Positions 19,233-28,083 of a DNA stretch of 64,000 nucleotides are shown piece after piece; position 1 is the stretch's first letter; every line of letters starts with the position of its first letter. Source of the stretch: Candidatus Desulfovibrio gallistercoris (GTDB taxonomy: Bacteria; Desulfobacterota; Desulfovibrionia; Desulfovibrionales; Desulfovibrionaceae); NCBI GenBank assembly GCA_019118745.1, contig DWYJ01000087.1, forward strand, positions 24,515 to 88,514, in the 5' to 3' direction. The notes beneath the pieces are model-generated. The model saw only the letters and a list, made by a program, of their open reading frames with translations, had not been told where the DNA came from and searched no databases. Both the position numbers and the translations under genes were made by a program.

Positions 19233-19405
19233 GCGCGCTGGGGAAGGGGTGGGGGCTTGGGGGGAAGGGGAACCCCTCCCGCGCAGGCAGCGACCCGACG
19301 GGCGGCCCTTGGGCCGTGCCCGTTAGGCGACGCAGAAGCCTTACGGGCATCGACAGCAGAGCGAGGGGTTCCCCTTCCCCCCGACAAGAAGCAAATAGCG
19401 TGAGC
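19226..19405 (+). repeat. RepB, long-loop variant
   Basis: GGTAAAAGCGCGCTGGGGAAGGGGTGGGGGCTTGGGGGGAAGGGGAACCCCTC ...84-nt insert... GAGGGGTTCCCCTTCCCCCC..GCAAATAGCGTGAGC. The 20-bp arms are 19259..19278 and 19363..19382. Lies between the K-channel stop and the FkbM start. Confidence 0.85.
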
Positions 19406-19410
19406 AGTCC

Positions 19411-21144
19411 TCAGCTCAGATCCACGTCGTGCGAGCCGATATCCTCGTCTATGCCGTAATGGGCACGGAACTTGTCTTCCGCTTCCGAGTCGCCGATGAG
19501 GTAGAGGGCATCCTTGAGCGCGAAGATGTGGGACGGCGGCGGGTTGACGTGCATGGAGCCGTCCGCGCCGCGGATGGCCAGTACGCTGCACTGCGTCTTG
19601 TTGCGGATGCCGCAGTTCTTCAGGCTTTTTCCGGCCAGCGCGCCGCGGATGGTGTAGCGGAAGATGGAGAGCCGCTCGTTGATCATGAGCAGCTTGTCCG
19701 GCGAGAGCATGTTGAAGATGCTGCTGCTGACCAGTGAGGCCAGGGAGAGCACCTGATCCGCGCCGGCGCTGTGCAGGCCGGAGACGTTGCGGTCCAGTGA
19801 GGCCCGGCAGAGGATCTGGGCGTCCGGGCGCAGGCGGCGGCAGTAGATGCTCAGATAGATGTTGGCGTCATCGTCATGGGTGGTGATGATGATGGAGGGC
19901 GTGGTGCGGATGCCCGCCTTTTCCAGCACGCTCAGATCCGAGGCGTCCCCGCGGATGTGGGGCGTTTCGCCGGAATTGATGTGCGCCTGACGGTCCACGA
20001 TGACGGCCGGGATGCGCCGCCGCGCCAGATGGGCCGCCACGGAAAGGCCCACCCGCCCGCCGCCGAGGATGACGGCCGGCAGCTGTTCGGCTTCCTGCCG
20101 GGGCACGCTGATGAGCTTGTCCAGCGCGCGGATCTGCGCTTCCGTACCGGCCACCACGAGCACGCAGCTCTCGGTGAACACCGTGGAGAGCTGGGGCAGC
20201 TGGAACACGCCCCGGTCCCAGACCCCCACCACGTTGACGCCGGTATTCTCGCGCAGGCCGCATTCCAGCAGGGTCTTGCCGGAAAGGTGGCTGCGCATGA
20301 CCGGGGCTTCGGCCACCACCAGATTGCCGAAACGCCCCATGATGCTCACCCGCTGGGCGGTATTGAGCACCCGGCGGGCCAGCGCCTTGCCGAGCACGCT
20401 GTGGAACTGGAAAACGCGCGTGCAGCCGGCCAGCCGCAGGATGTCGCTGGCGTCGGGATTCTCCACGCCGGCGGCGATGGGCACGCGCGGCGCGGCCTCT
20501 CGTGCGGAAAAGACGATGTTGGTGCTGCGGATGTCCGTATCCAGCACGACCAGCATGGCGGCGGCGTCGGCTCGCAGTTTGGCGTAGGTCTTCACGTCGT
20601 CGTGGTCGCCGGCCACCACTTCATAGCCCTGTTCCAGCAGTTCCAGGCCGCTTTGCGGGTCATGGCACAGCAGGATGTTCCGCACGCCGTAGCGCGTGAG
20701 GTCGTCGGCAAGGTTGAGGGTGATGGGGCCGCTGCCGGCGATGATGACGTGGCCGTGCGTGGCGGGGGGGAGCTGCCGGGGCACCATGTCCTTTTTCTGG
20801 CTTTCCAGCCAGGGCATGTAAAAATGCTGGATGAAGGTGAACGGCAGCATGATGAGGAAGAAGATGACCCCGGACATGAGCACGATGATGGAGAACACGC
20901 GCCCGAGGTCCGAGGTGAAGGTGATGTCCCCAAAGCCCAGCGTGGACATGACCGTGAGCGTCCAGTAGACGCCGGTGACCCAGGAGTGATGCTGCCCCTC
21001 GTATTCCATGATCACGTGGAAGAGCACGCTGTAGACGGCGATCATGAGGAACAGCGTCAGGCTGAAACGCCGCAATATGGTGATATTGTGGCGTGCTCCG
21101 CGTTCGTGCAGAAAGGACATGAGCTGTGAGGGGAGATATTTCAT
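19411..21144 (-). CDS. Potassium channel protein (2TM pore) with tandem RCK/TrkA-N plus TrkA-C domains
   Basis: 577 aa. Selectivity filter TLGFGD after the pore helix. Two Rossmann-type RCK motifs (VIIAGSGPITLNLA; VILGGGRVGLSVA). Confidence 0.88.
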   Translation of the reverse strand: MKYLPSQLMSFLHERGARHNITILRRFSLTLFLMIAVYSVLFHVIMEYEGQHHSWVTGVYWTLTVMSTLGFGDITFTSDLGRVFSIIVLMSGVIFFLIMLPFTFIQHFYMPWLESQKKDMVPRQLPPATHGHVIIAGSGPITLNLADDLTRYGVRNILLCHDPQSGLELLEQGYEVVAGDHDDVKTYAKLRADAAAMLVVLDTDIRSTNIVFSAREAAPRVPIAAGVENPDASDILRLAGCTRVFQFHSVLGKALARRVLNTAQRVSIMGRFGNLVVAEAPVMRSHLSGKTLLECGLRENTGVNVVGVWDRGVFQLPQLSTVFTESCVLVVAGTEAQIRALDKLISVPRQEAEQLPAVILGGGRVGLSVAAHLARRRIPAVIVDRQAHINSGETPHIRGDASDLSVLEKAGIRTTPSIIITTHDDDANIYLSIYCRRLRPDAQILCRASLDRNVSGLHSAGADQVLSLASLVSSSIFNMLSPDKLLMINERLSIFRYTIRGALAGKSLKNCGIRNKTQCSVLAIRGADGSMHVNPPPSHIFALKDALYLIGDSEAEDKFRAHYGIDEDIGSHDVDLS

Positions 21145-21427
21145 GATCGCGCTCTACGGCCGGTAGGCACAGAGGTCAGAGGGCCCGCAGGAAGATCGGG
21201 CGGAGCGTTCCCTGCCTGGCATGGCAGGGCGGCGCATGACAGACGGCCAGCCGCAGCGGGCATGACCGGAAAAATCTATGAGGCCTGCGGCGGCATCCTT
21301 CCCGCGGACGGATGGTGGCCCTCCTCGTTGCGGGAAAAACGCCGGCAGCCGGGGAAGCGCTGACGGCCCGGCAGCGTCCGGCCCTGCCCTGAGGGCGTTT
21401 TGCCGTCCCCAGGGCAGGGCATATTCG

Positions 21428-22015
21428 TTAGCCGGCTTCCTGCTCCGCCGTCTCCGCCTCGGCGAGCCTGCCGTCCCGCAGCAGATAGCGTTTGCCGCAG
21501 GCGGGACAGCACAGATCCTTTGGCAGTTTTTCCCCGCAGGCACAGACCCAACCGTGCTGACGGGCCGGATTGCCGTAGATGAGGGCAAAATCAGGCACAT
21601 CACGGGTGACCACCGCGCCCGCGCCTATCAGGGCATAGCGGCCCACGGTGATGCCGCAGACGATGGTGGCGTTGGCGCCGATGGTGGCCCCCTGCCGGAC
21701 GAGCGTCGGGCGGGCCTCATCCATGCGGCGGATATGGGCACGAGGATTGAAGACGTTGGTAAAGACCATGCTCGGCCCGCAGAAGACGTCATCTTCCAGC
21801 GTCACGCCCTTGTAGACGCTGACGTTGTTCTGGATCTTGCAGCCTCTGCCGATGCTGACGTCAGGCCCGATGACCACATTCTGGCCGATATTGCAGTTCT
21901 CGCCCACCACGGAGCCGGAAAGGATGTGGGTAAAATGCCAGATCCGGGTCCCGGCGCCGAGGCTGACCTGATCGTCTATGCAGGCCGTTTCGTGCACGAA
22001 GGGGGAGCCGCTCAT
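21428..22015 (-). CDS. Left-handed beta-helix N-acetyltransferase (WbpD/WlbB-like, acts on a 3-amino sugar nucleotide)
   Basis: The real frame begins at the Met at 22015 (MSGSPFVHETACIDDQVSLGAGTRIWHFTHI), an ATGA overlap with the upstream aminotransferase. Hexapeptide repeats throughout, with a Cys-rich C-terminal tail (CACGEKLPKDLCCPACGKRY). Confidence 0.83.
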   Translation of the reverse strand: MSGSPFVHETACIDDQVSLGAGTRIWHFTHILSGSVVGENCNIGQNVVIGPDVSIGRGCKIQNNVSVYKGVTLEDDVFCGPSMVFTNVFNPRAHIRRMDEARPTLVRQGATIGANATIVCGITVGRYALIGAGAVVTRDVPDFALIYGNPARQHGWVCACGEKLPKDLCCPACGKRYLLRDGRLAEAETAEQEAG

Positions 22016-23181
22016 GCCAGGGCCTCGCGAAGAGCAGCGGCGACCTTGCACACGTCCTCTTCCGGCAGGTAGGGGTGGAAGGGCAGGGCAAGGATGTTGC
22101 GCGAGGCTTGGAGCGCGGCCGGCATGTCTTCCGCCGCGTAGCCCAGCCGGGAAAAGACGGCAAGGCAGTGCTGCGGCTTGGGATAATAGATGTTGGTGGG
22201 GATGCCCTGCGCCTTGAGGTGGTCCATGACGGCGGGGCGGCTGCCTTCGGGGAGCAGCACGCAATATTGCGCCCAGGCGCTGCGGTTGCCGTCCGCCACA
22301 TGGGGAGGCGTCAGCCCCTTGATGCCGGAAAGGTGCCGGGCGTAGCACTCGGCCACCTGCTGCCGCGCCGTGAGCTCTTCGGGGAAGATCTCCAGCTTGG
22401 CCAGCAGGATGGCGGCCTGAAGAGTGTCGAGGCGGCCGTTCAGGCCAAGGCGCACATTGTCGTATTTGTCGCTGCCCTTGCCGTGTACCCGGATGGAGCG
22501 CAGCAGGGCGGCCAGATCGTCGTCGTCGGTGAAGACGGCCCCGCCGTCCCCGTAGCAGCCCAGCGGCTTGGCGGGGAAAAAGCTCGTGGCGGCCGCATGG
22601 CAGCCCTGGGCGCAATGGCGCTGACCGTGATGGGTGCCGCCGAAACTCTGGGCCGCGTCTTCCAGCACCAGCAGATCATGGGCGCGGGCCACCTCCAGCA
22701 GCTCCGCATAGGGCGGGGCCTGACCGAACAAGTCCACGGGGATGACCGCTCGCGGCGTCAGCTTGCGCGTGCGTGCCGCCTCAGGGAGCGGGTAGATGTC
22801 GGCATCCTGCCGGAGGACGGCTTCCACCGCGCGAGCCAGCAGATTGGGGCGCATATTGAAGGTCTGCGGGTCGATATCCACAAAAATAGGCGTCGCGCCC
22901 AGCAGGGCGGGCTCCTCCGCCGTGGCGAAGAAGGTGAAGGGCGGCACGAAGACGGCATCGCCTTCACCGATGCCCCAGGCCATGAGCGGCATGAGCAGGG
23001 CGTCCGTGCCGGAAGCGCAGGTGATGCAGTGCCGCGCGCCGGTAAAGGCGCACAGAGCTGCTTCCAGTTCGGCCACTTCCGGCCCCATGATGTATTTGCC
23101 GTGATCCAGAACGGCCGCGATGCGAGCGTCGATGCGGGAACGGATACGCGCCTGCTGTGCGGCAAGATCGATGAACTGCAT
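22012..23181 (-). CDS. DegT/DnrJ/EryC1/StrS family sugar aminotransferase (WbpE-like)
   Basis: ORF trimmed to the Met at 23181 (MQFIDLAAQQARIRSRIDARIAAVLDHGKYIMGPEV), the canonical N-terminus. SFFPAKPLGCYGDGGAV contains the PLP lysine. Confidence 0.88.
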   Translation of the reverse strand: MQFIDLAAQQARIRSRIDARIAAVLDHGKYIMGPEVAELEAALCAFTGARHCITCASGTDALLMPLMAWGIGEGDAVFVPPFTFFATAEEPALLGATPIFVDIDPQTFNMRPNLLARAVEAVLRQDADIYPLPEAARTRKLTPRAVIPVDLFGQAPPYAELLEVARAHDLLVLEDAAQSFGGTHHGQRHCAQGCHAAATSFFPAKPLGCYGDGGAVFTDDDDLAALLRSIRVHGKGSDKYDNVRLGLNGRLDTLQAAILLAKLEIFPEELTARQQVAECYARHLSGIKGLTPPHVADGNRSAWAQYCVLLPEGSRPAVMDHLKAQGIPTNIYYPKPQHCLAVFSRLGYAAEDMPAALQASRNILALPFHPYLPEEDVCKVAAALREALA

Positions 23182-23206
23182 GGATATACTCCCCGTGGAT
23201 GCTTTT

Positions 23207-23352
23207 ACAGCATTTTTCGTTTGAAACGCTTCGCGCTTCAAACCCTACGGCCTGGCGTTTCGCGGAACAACACGGTTTTCCGCTCGATCCGGGCCGGGCG
23301 GCGCCGTACCGCCGCCTCGCGTTTTGCCTTCATCAAGCGCAAAACGCTTTAC
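23207..23352 (+). repeat. RepA: ~150-bp structured MITE-like repeat with imperfect terminal inverted repeats (GAGCATTTT...)
   Basis: ACAGCATTTTTCGTTTGAAACGCTTCGCGCTTCAAACCCTACGGCCTGGCGTTTCGCGGAA...GGCGGCGCCGTACCGCCGCC...GCGCAAAACGCTTTAC. Lies between the WbpE-like start and the WbpA-like stop. The right-end TTA is the complement of the WbpA-like TAA stop. Confidence 0.8.
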
Positions 23353-24659
23353 AGCCGCCAGAGGTCAAAGCCGGCTTCGCGCAGAGCGCGCTTGTCCCAG
23401 AATCCCTTGATGTCCATGAGACTGACGGGGCCGGCCTCGAACATGGCCGTGATGGCCTCGGGCGTCAGGCTGCGGAAGCTGTCGTGCGCCACCGCCAGGA
23501 TGAGGGCATCCAGCCGGGACAGGGCGGAGAGCGGCAGCAGCTCCTGCCCGTATTCGTGCAGGGCCTCGGCGGGGTCGGCCTCCGGGTCGTGCACAAGGGG
23601 GGTGATGCCGTATTCCTTCAGTTCCGCCACGATGTCCACCACGCGCGTGTTGCGGATATCCGGCACGTTCTCCTTGAAAGTGAAGCCCAGGATGCCCACG
23701 CGTGCGCCCTTGACGCGCCGGTCGGCTTCGATGAGCCGCTTGACGCAGGTCTCGGCCACATATTTCCCCATGCCGTCATTGATGCGGCGGCCGGAAAGGA
23801 TGACTTCGGGGTGGCAGCCGATCTCTTCGGCCTTGTAGGTGAGGTAATACGGATCGACGCCGATGCAGTGTCCGCCCACGAGACCGGGCCGGAAGGGCAG
23901 GAAATTCCATTTGCTGCCCGCGGCTTCCAGCACTTCCAGCGTGTCGATGTCGAGCTTGTTGAAGATGATGGCAAGCTCGTTCATGAGGGCGATATTGATG
24001 TCGCGCTGCGTGTTCTCGATGACCTTGGCGGCTTCGGCCACCTTGATGGAGGAGGCGCGGTGGATGCCCGCGTGGACCACGCTGCCGTACACCTGTTCCA
24101 GCAGATCCGCCGTGGGCTCGTCCGAGCCGGACACGATCTTGCGGATGGTCTCCAGCCGGTGCACCTTGTCGCCGGGGTTGATGCGCTCCGGCGAATAGCC
24201 GAGGGTGAAGTCCTGCGGGAAGCGCAGGCCGGATTCCGCTTCAAGGATGGGGCGGCACTCGTCTTCCGTGACGCCGGGATAGACCGTGGATTCGTAGCAG
24301 ACCACGCAGCCGCGCGACATATGGCGGCCCACTGTCCGGCTGGCCGCGCGCACCGGCGTCAGATCCGGGCGGCGGTGATCGTCCACCGGTGTGGGGACGG
24401 CCACGATGATGACCCCGGCCTGCCGCAGCTGTTCCGGGTCATCAGTGAAGAGCGCCCGGCAGCCGGTCAGGTCGGCGCTGTCCACTTCGCGGGTGGCGTC
24501 GTGCCCGCTGCGCAAGGCGGCCACACGGGCGCTGTTGACGTCAAAACCGATGACATTGAAATGCCGGGCAAGCGCCACGGCCAGGGGCAAGCCCACGTAC
24601 CCCAGTCCCACAACAGCGACAGCGGAGCTTCCCTGTCGCAGCGCATCGAGAGAAACCAT
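23349..24659 (-). CDS. Nucleotide-sugar 6-dehydrogenase (UDP-GlcNAc/UDP-ManNAc dehydrogenase family, WbpA-like)
   Basis: 436 aa. N-terminal Rossmann motif VAVVGLGYVGLPLAVA and catalytic Cys motif GLVGGHCIGVDPYYL. Confidence 0.88.
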   Translation of the reverse strand: MVSLDALRQGSSAVAVVGLGYVGLPLAVALARHFNVIGFDVNSARVAALRSGHDATREVDSADLTGCRALFTDDPEQLRQAGVIIVAVPTPVDDHRRPDLTPVRAASRTVGRHMSRGCVVCYESTVYPGVTEDECRPILEAESGLRFPQDFTLGYSPERINPGDKVHRLETIRKIVSGSDEPTADLLEQVYGSVVHAGIHRASSIKVAEAAKVIENTQRDINIALMNELAIIFNKLDIDTLEVLEAAGSKWNFLPFRPGLVGGHCIGVDPYYLTYKAEEIGCHPEVILSGRRINDGMGKYVAETCVKRLIEADRRVKGARVGILGFTFKENVPDIRNTRVVDIVAELKEYGITPLVHDPEADPAEALHEYGQELLPLSALSRLDALILAVAHDSFRSLTPEAITAMFEAGPVSLMDIKGFWDKRALREAGFDLWRL

Positions 24660-24840
24660 GCCCTCTCCTCTTTACAACTCTTTGAATCTTCTGCGCAATG
24701 CGCGCAGCATCCGCCACATTCTCACCATCGGGAGGAAACAGCATGGCTGCATCGGCAGGCCGCGGGCCTGCGCCCGCACCGTCCCGGTCGCCGGCGGGAG
24801 ACCGCAGCCGCCGGAACGGGTATCGCCGCCGAACGTACGC

Positions 24841-24988
24841 TAGAGCATTTTCAGTTTGAAACGCTTTGCATTTCCAACCATACGGCCTGGCGTTTCGCGG
24901 AAAAAGCGGGTTTTTTCCGCTCTCTTTCGGCCGGGCGGCGCTGTACCGCCGCCTGGCTTTTTACCTTTTCAAAAGGCAAAACGCTCTA
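24841..24988 (+). repeat. RepA copy (best preserved)
   Basis: TAGAGCATTTTCAGTTTGAAACGC...CGGCCGGGCGGCGCTGTACCGCCGCC...TTTTCAAAAGGCAAAACGCTCTA. Ends are inverted (GAGCATTTTC / GAGCGTTTTG) and each is flanked by TA. The right-end CTA is the complement of the WbpB-like TAG stop. Confidence 0.85.
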
Positions 24989-26038
24989 ATACTCCAGCGG
25001 GAGCGAAACAGTCTTGTTGTCACGGGCGCTGCAATAGGCGGCGATGAGGATCTCAAGGGACTTGAGGCCCTCGCGCCCGTCGGTCTCCGGTTCCGCTTCG
25101 CCGCGCAACACATCGATGACGTTCTTGTAATACAGGGGATGCCCAAAACCATAGACGGAGGTCGTGGCATAGCTGGATTCCGCCACCGTGGCGTCATAAT
25201 CACGCGGCTCGTCGAACTTCCAGATCTGGATCTCGTTGACGGCCACCCCGCCGACGCGGACCGTGCCCTTTTCCCCGATGATGGTGATGGAGCCTTCCAG
25301 GTTCTTGTCGTAAGTGAGCATGGTGACGGACATGGAGCCCAGCGCGCCGTTGCGCCAGCGCACATTGAGCACGCCGGAGTCTTCCACCTCGATATGGCGG
25401 GCCAGGGTGCCGGTCATGGCCTGCACGTCGGCCACGGGGCCGATGAGCCATTCCAGCAGGTCCACGTAGTGGCTGGCCTGGTTCATGAAGGCGCCGCCGT
25501 CCATCTCCCACGTGCCGCGCCATTTGGCCGAGTCATAGTAGGACTGGGGGCGGGTCCAGAAGACGTTCAGGTGCACCATGTAGATGCGGCCGAAGCGCTG
25601 TTCGTCGATGGCCCGCTTGAGCAGCTGGAGCGTGGCGTTGCGCCGGTTCTGCTTGACCACGAAAAGGCGGCGTCTGGCTTCGTCGCAGGCGTGGATCATG
25701 GCCAGGCCGTCCTTCCAGCGGGTGGCCATGGGCTTTTCCGTCATGACATGACGCCCGGCACGGGCCGCCTCGATGACCATCTGGGGATGCAGGCCGCTCG
25801 GCGTGCAGATGGTGACGAGGTCGCAATCGCTCTTGTCCAGCAGCTCGGTCAGGGAGGAAAAACCGGGAACGCCGTAACGCTCCGCGTGGTCACGCAGTAC
25901 GGCAGGATCGCTGTCGCAGACGGCGACCAGTTCCATATTGTCCTGATGCTTTTCTATTGCGCCAAAGTGGTTTTTGGAGATGCGGCCGCAGCCGATGATG
26001 GCGTTTCGGATCTTTCTGCCGGTAATGGTAGGAAACAT
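24986..26038 (-). CDS. Gfo/Idh/MocA family oxidoreductase (WbpB-like 3-dehydrogenase)
   Basis: ORF trimmed to the Met at 26038 (MFPTITGRKIRNAIIGCGRISKNHF). Rossmann N-terminus, an EKP motif (VMTEKPMA), and operon context with the WbpA/E/D-like genes. Confidence 0.84.
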   Translation of the reverse strand: MFPTITGRKIRNAIIGCGRISKNHFGAIEKHQDNMELVAVCDSDPAVLRDHAERYGVPGFSSLTELLDKSDCDLVTICTPSGLHPQMVIEAARAGRHVMTEKPMATRWKDGLAMIHACDEARRRLFVVKQNRRNATLQLLKRAIDEQRFGRIYMVHLNVFWTRPQSYYDSAKWRGTWEMDGGAFMNQASHYVDLLEWLIGPVADVQAMTGTLARHIEVEDSGVLNVRWRNGALGSMSVTMLTYDKNLEGSITIIGEKGTVRVGGVAVNEIQIWKFDEPRDYDATVAESSYATTSVYGFGHPLYYKNVIDVLRGEAEPETDGREGLKSLEILIAAYCSARDNKTVSLPLEY

Positions 26039-26231
26039 AGTGGACTCCCCGGATAAGATGGCAGAAAGATAGCCTGTTCTCCCCTGGCGGTCAAGGAGCG
26101 CCCCCGCAACGCAGGACCAGCCCGTACGACGTTTTTCCTTGTTATTCATGCCGCGCAGGGATAGACTGCAATATATAGTCCTCCATAAGCTCATGGAGCC
26201 ATCGGGACACTTTACAGGCCAAGGAGGTCAC

Positions 26232-27806
26232 ATGTTTGAATCTGCCGCGCTCGGGAGAAAATGCGCCGACAAGGAATATGAAGCCGCCATGCAGCAGCTG
26301 CGCATGCGCCTTTTTGAGGCGCAGCGCCAGTGCCTGACCCGCAAGATCCCTGTACTCATCACCATAGCCGGGGTCAACGGAGCGGGGAGGGGGGCTGTGG
26401 CCAACCTGCTTTCCGAATGGATGGACGGCAAGCATCTGCATCACCATGCCTTCTGGTTCGAGACCGATGAAGAGCGCGAACGTCCGCCCTTCTGGCGTTA
26501 CTGGCGTCAGTTGCCCGCCGCCGGGGAGGTGGGCGTCTTTCTGGGCGGCTGGTACGGGCCTGCCGTACGCCTGCGGGCCTGCCGGGACATTTCGGAAGAG
26601 GCCTTCACCAGCCGGCTGCACCGTCTGCGTGGGCTGGAAAACAGCCTTGCCGCATCGGGCATGGCCATCATCAAGCTCTGGCTGCATCTGGACAAGAAGA
26701 CCTTCGCCCACCGGCTCAAGCATCGCCTTGCGCATCAGGAAGTCTTCCACTTCACGCCGTATGACAAGAAGACCGCCGGCAATTACGATGAGGTGGTGGA
26801 GGGCATCTCCACGGCCATCCGCTTGACGGACCGCCCGGAAGCGCCCTGGACCATCGTGGACGCCGCGGACGCCAATTACCGCAATCTTTCCGTGGCGCAG
26901 GCCATCATCGCCGGCATGGAACGCGCCATGCGCGCGCAGGATGCCAAAATTGGCCGCGTGGCGCTGGAAAAGGAACAGGAGCAGAGCGTCGGCACGGTGC
27001 AGGAGGGGCTCGTCTCCAGCCTGGAGGCCATCGATCTCAGCCAGTCCAAGGAGCCGGATCACTACCGCAGGGAGCTGAAAAAGCTTCAGGAAGAAGTTTT
27101 TGCCCTGACCTACCATGCGTACCGGCGGGGCATCTCCAGCACGCTGATCTTCGAAGGCTGGGACGCCGCAGGCAAGGGGGGGGCCATACGGCGGGTCATC
27201 GGCGGGGCCGACGTGCGCATCACCCAGGTCATCCCCATCAGCGCGCCTACGGATGAAGAGCTGGCGCATCATTACCTCTGGCGGTTCTGGCGGCATATAC
27301 CACGCGCCGGCTTCATCACCATCTATGACCGCTCTTGGTACGGTCGCGTCCTCGTGGAGCGGGTGGAGAAGCTCACCCCGCGCGAAGACTGGAGCCGCGC
27401 CTATGCCGAGATCAACCATTTCGAGGAGCAGCTCACCGAAGACGGCAACATCCTGCTCAAGTTCTGGCTGCATATCTCCCCGGATGAGCAGTTGCGCCGT
27501 TTTGAGGAGCGGCAGCAGACGCCGTGGAAGCAATACAAGATCACGGATGAGGATTGGCGCAACCGGGAAAAGCGCGATGCCTACAGCGTGGCCGCCGATG
27601 AGATGTTCCTGCGCACGAGCACGGCCTATGCGCCCTGGCACATCATCCCGGCGGAAAACAAGAAGTATGCCCGTCTGGCGGTGTTGCGCTGCTACCGTGA
27701 CGCCCTGTGCGCCGTGTTGGACAAGAAGCCGGAGCGGCGCAAGGATGAACGGGCGCATAATGCCGTTCGCCCTGATGACGGGCGGCCGAAGCACAAGAAA
27801 AAGTAG
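26232..27806 (+). CDS. Polyphosphate:AMP phosphotransferase-type protein with two PPK2 domains
   Basis: ATG at 26232 with AAGGAGG upstream. Two PPK2 repeats (VLITIAGVNGAGRGAVANLL...FWRYW; STLIFEGWDAAGKGGAIRRV...LWRFWRHIP). 524 aa. Confidence 0.87.
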   Translation: MFESAALGRKCADKEYEAAMQQLRMRLFEAQRQCLTRKIPVLITIAGVNGAGRGAVANLLSEWMDGKHLHHHAFWFETDEERERPPFWRYWRQLPAAGEVGVFLGGWYGPAVRLRACRDISEEAFTSRLHRLRGLENSLAASGMAIIKLWLHLDKKTFAHRLKHRLAHQEVFHFTPYDKKTAGNYDEVVEGISTAIRLTDRPEAPWTIVDAADANYRNLSVAQAIIAGMERAMRAQDAKIGRVALEKEQEQSVGTVQEGLVSSLEAIDLSQSKEPDHYRRELKKLQEEVFALTYHAYRRGISSTLIFEGWDAAGKGGAIRRVIGGADVRITQVIPISAPTDEELAHHYLWRFWRHIPRAGFITIYDRSWYGRVLVERVEKLTPREDWSRAYAEINHFEEQLTEDGNILLKFWLHISPDEQLRRFEERQQTPWKQYKITDEDWRNREKRDAYSVAADEMFLRTSTAYAPWHIIPAENKKYARLAVLRCYRDALCAVLDKKPERRKDERAHNAVRPDDGRPKHKKK

Positions 27807-27865
27807 TGTTGTCCTGTGACATGCCGTGCGGGGCGGGGAAGCGGAAGCTTCTCCGCCCCGTCGCT

Positions 27866-28013
27866 TTGGGCGCGTTCTGCCTTTGAAAAAGGCGGGCGTG
27901 AGGCGGCGGCACAGCGCCGTCCGGCCCAAAGTGAGCGGAAAGACCGTGTTTTTTCCGCGCAACGCCAGGGCGTATGGTGAGAAACGCGCAGCGTTTCACA
28001 CGGAAAATGCTCT
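27866..28013 (-). repeat. RepA copy, opposite orientation, left end degenerate
   Basis: GCGTTCTGCCTTTGAAAAAGGCGGGCGTGAGGCGGCGGCACAGCGCCGTCCGGCCC...GCGGAAAGACCGTGTTTTTTCCGC...GCAGCGTTTCACACGGAAAATGCTCT. Lies downstream of the PPK2 gene. Confidence 0.75.
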
Positions 28014-28035
28014 GTTCTGTGCGGATGTGCAGCAA

Positions 28036-28065
28036 CAAAAAAAGCCGCCTTGCGGCGGCTTTTTC
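28036..28065 (-). terminator. Rho-independent terminator after the SBP-domain gene (bidirectional architecture)
   Basis: AAAAAAAAGCCGCCTTGCGGCGGCTTTTT. The minus strand reads a GCCGCC/GGCGGC hairpin followed by a run of eight T. Confidence 0.8.
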
Positions 28066-28083
28066 AGATAAGGTGAAAAGAGA

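Noticed and set aside
26139-26167. Sigma-70-like TTGTTA-17 bp-TAGACT upstream of the PPK2 gene. I also noticed TGGCAC-containing strings, for example near 28118, as possible sigma-54 sites.
   Set aside because: The hexamers are weak. The TGGCAC strings lack the downstream TTGC element and lie inside coding sequence. This is not enough to call.
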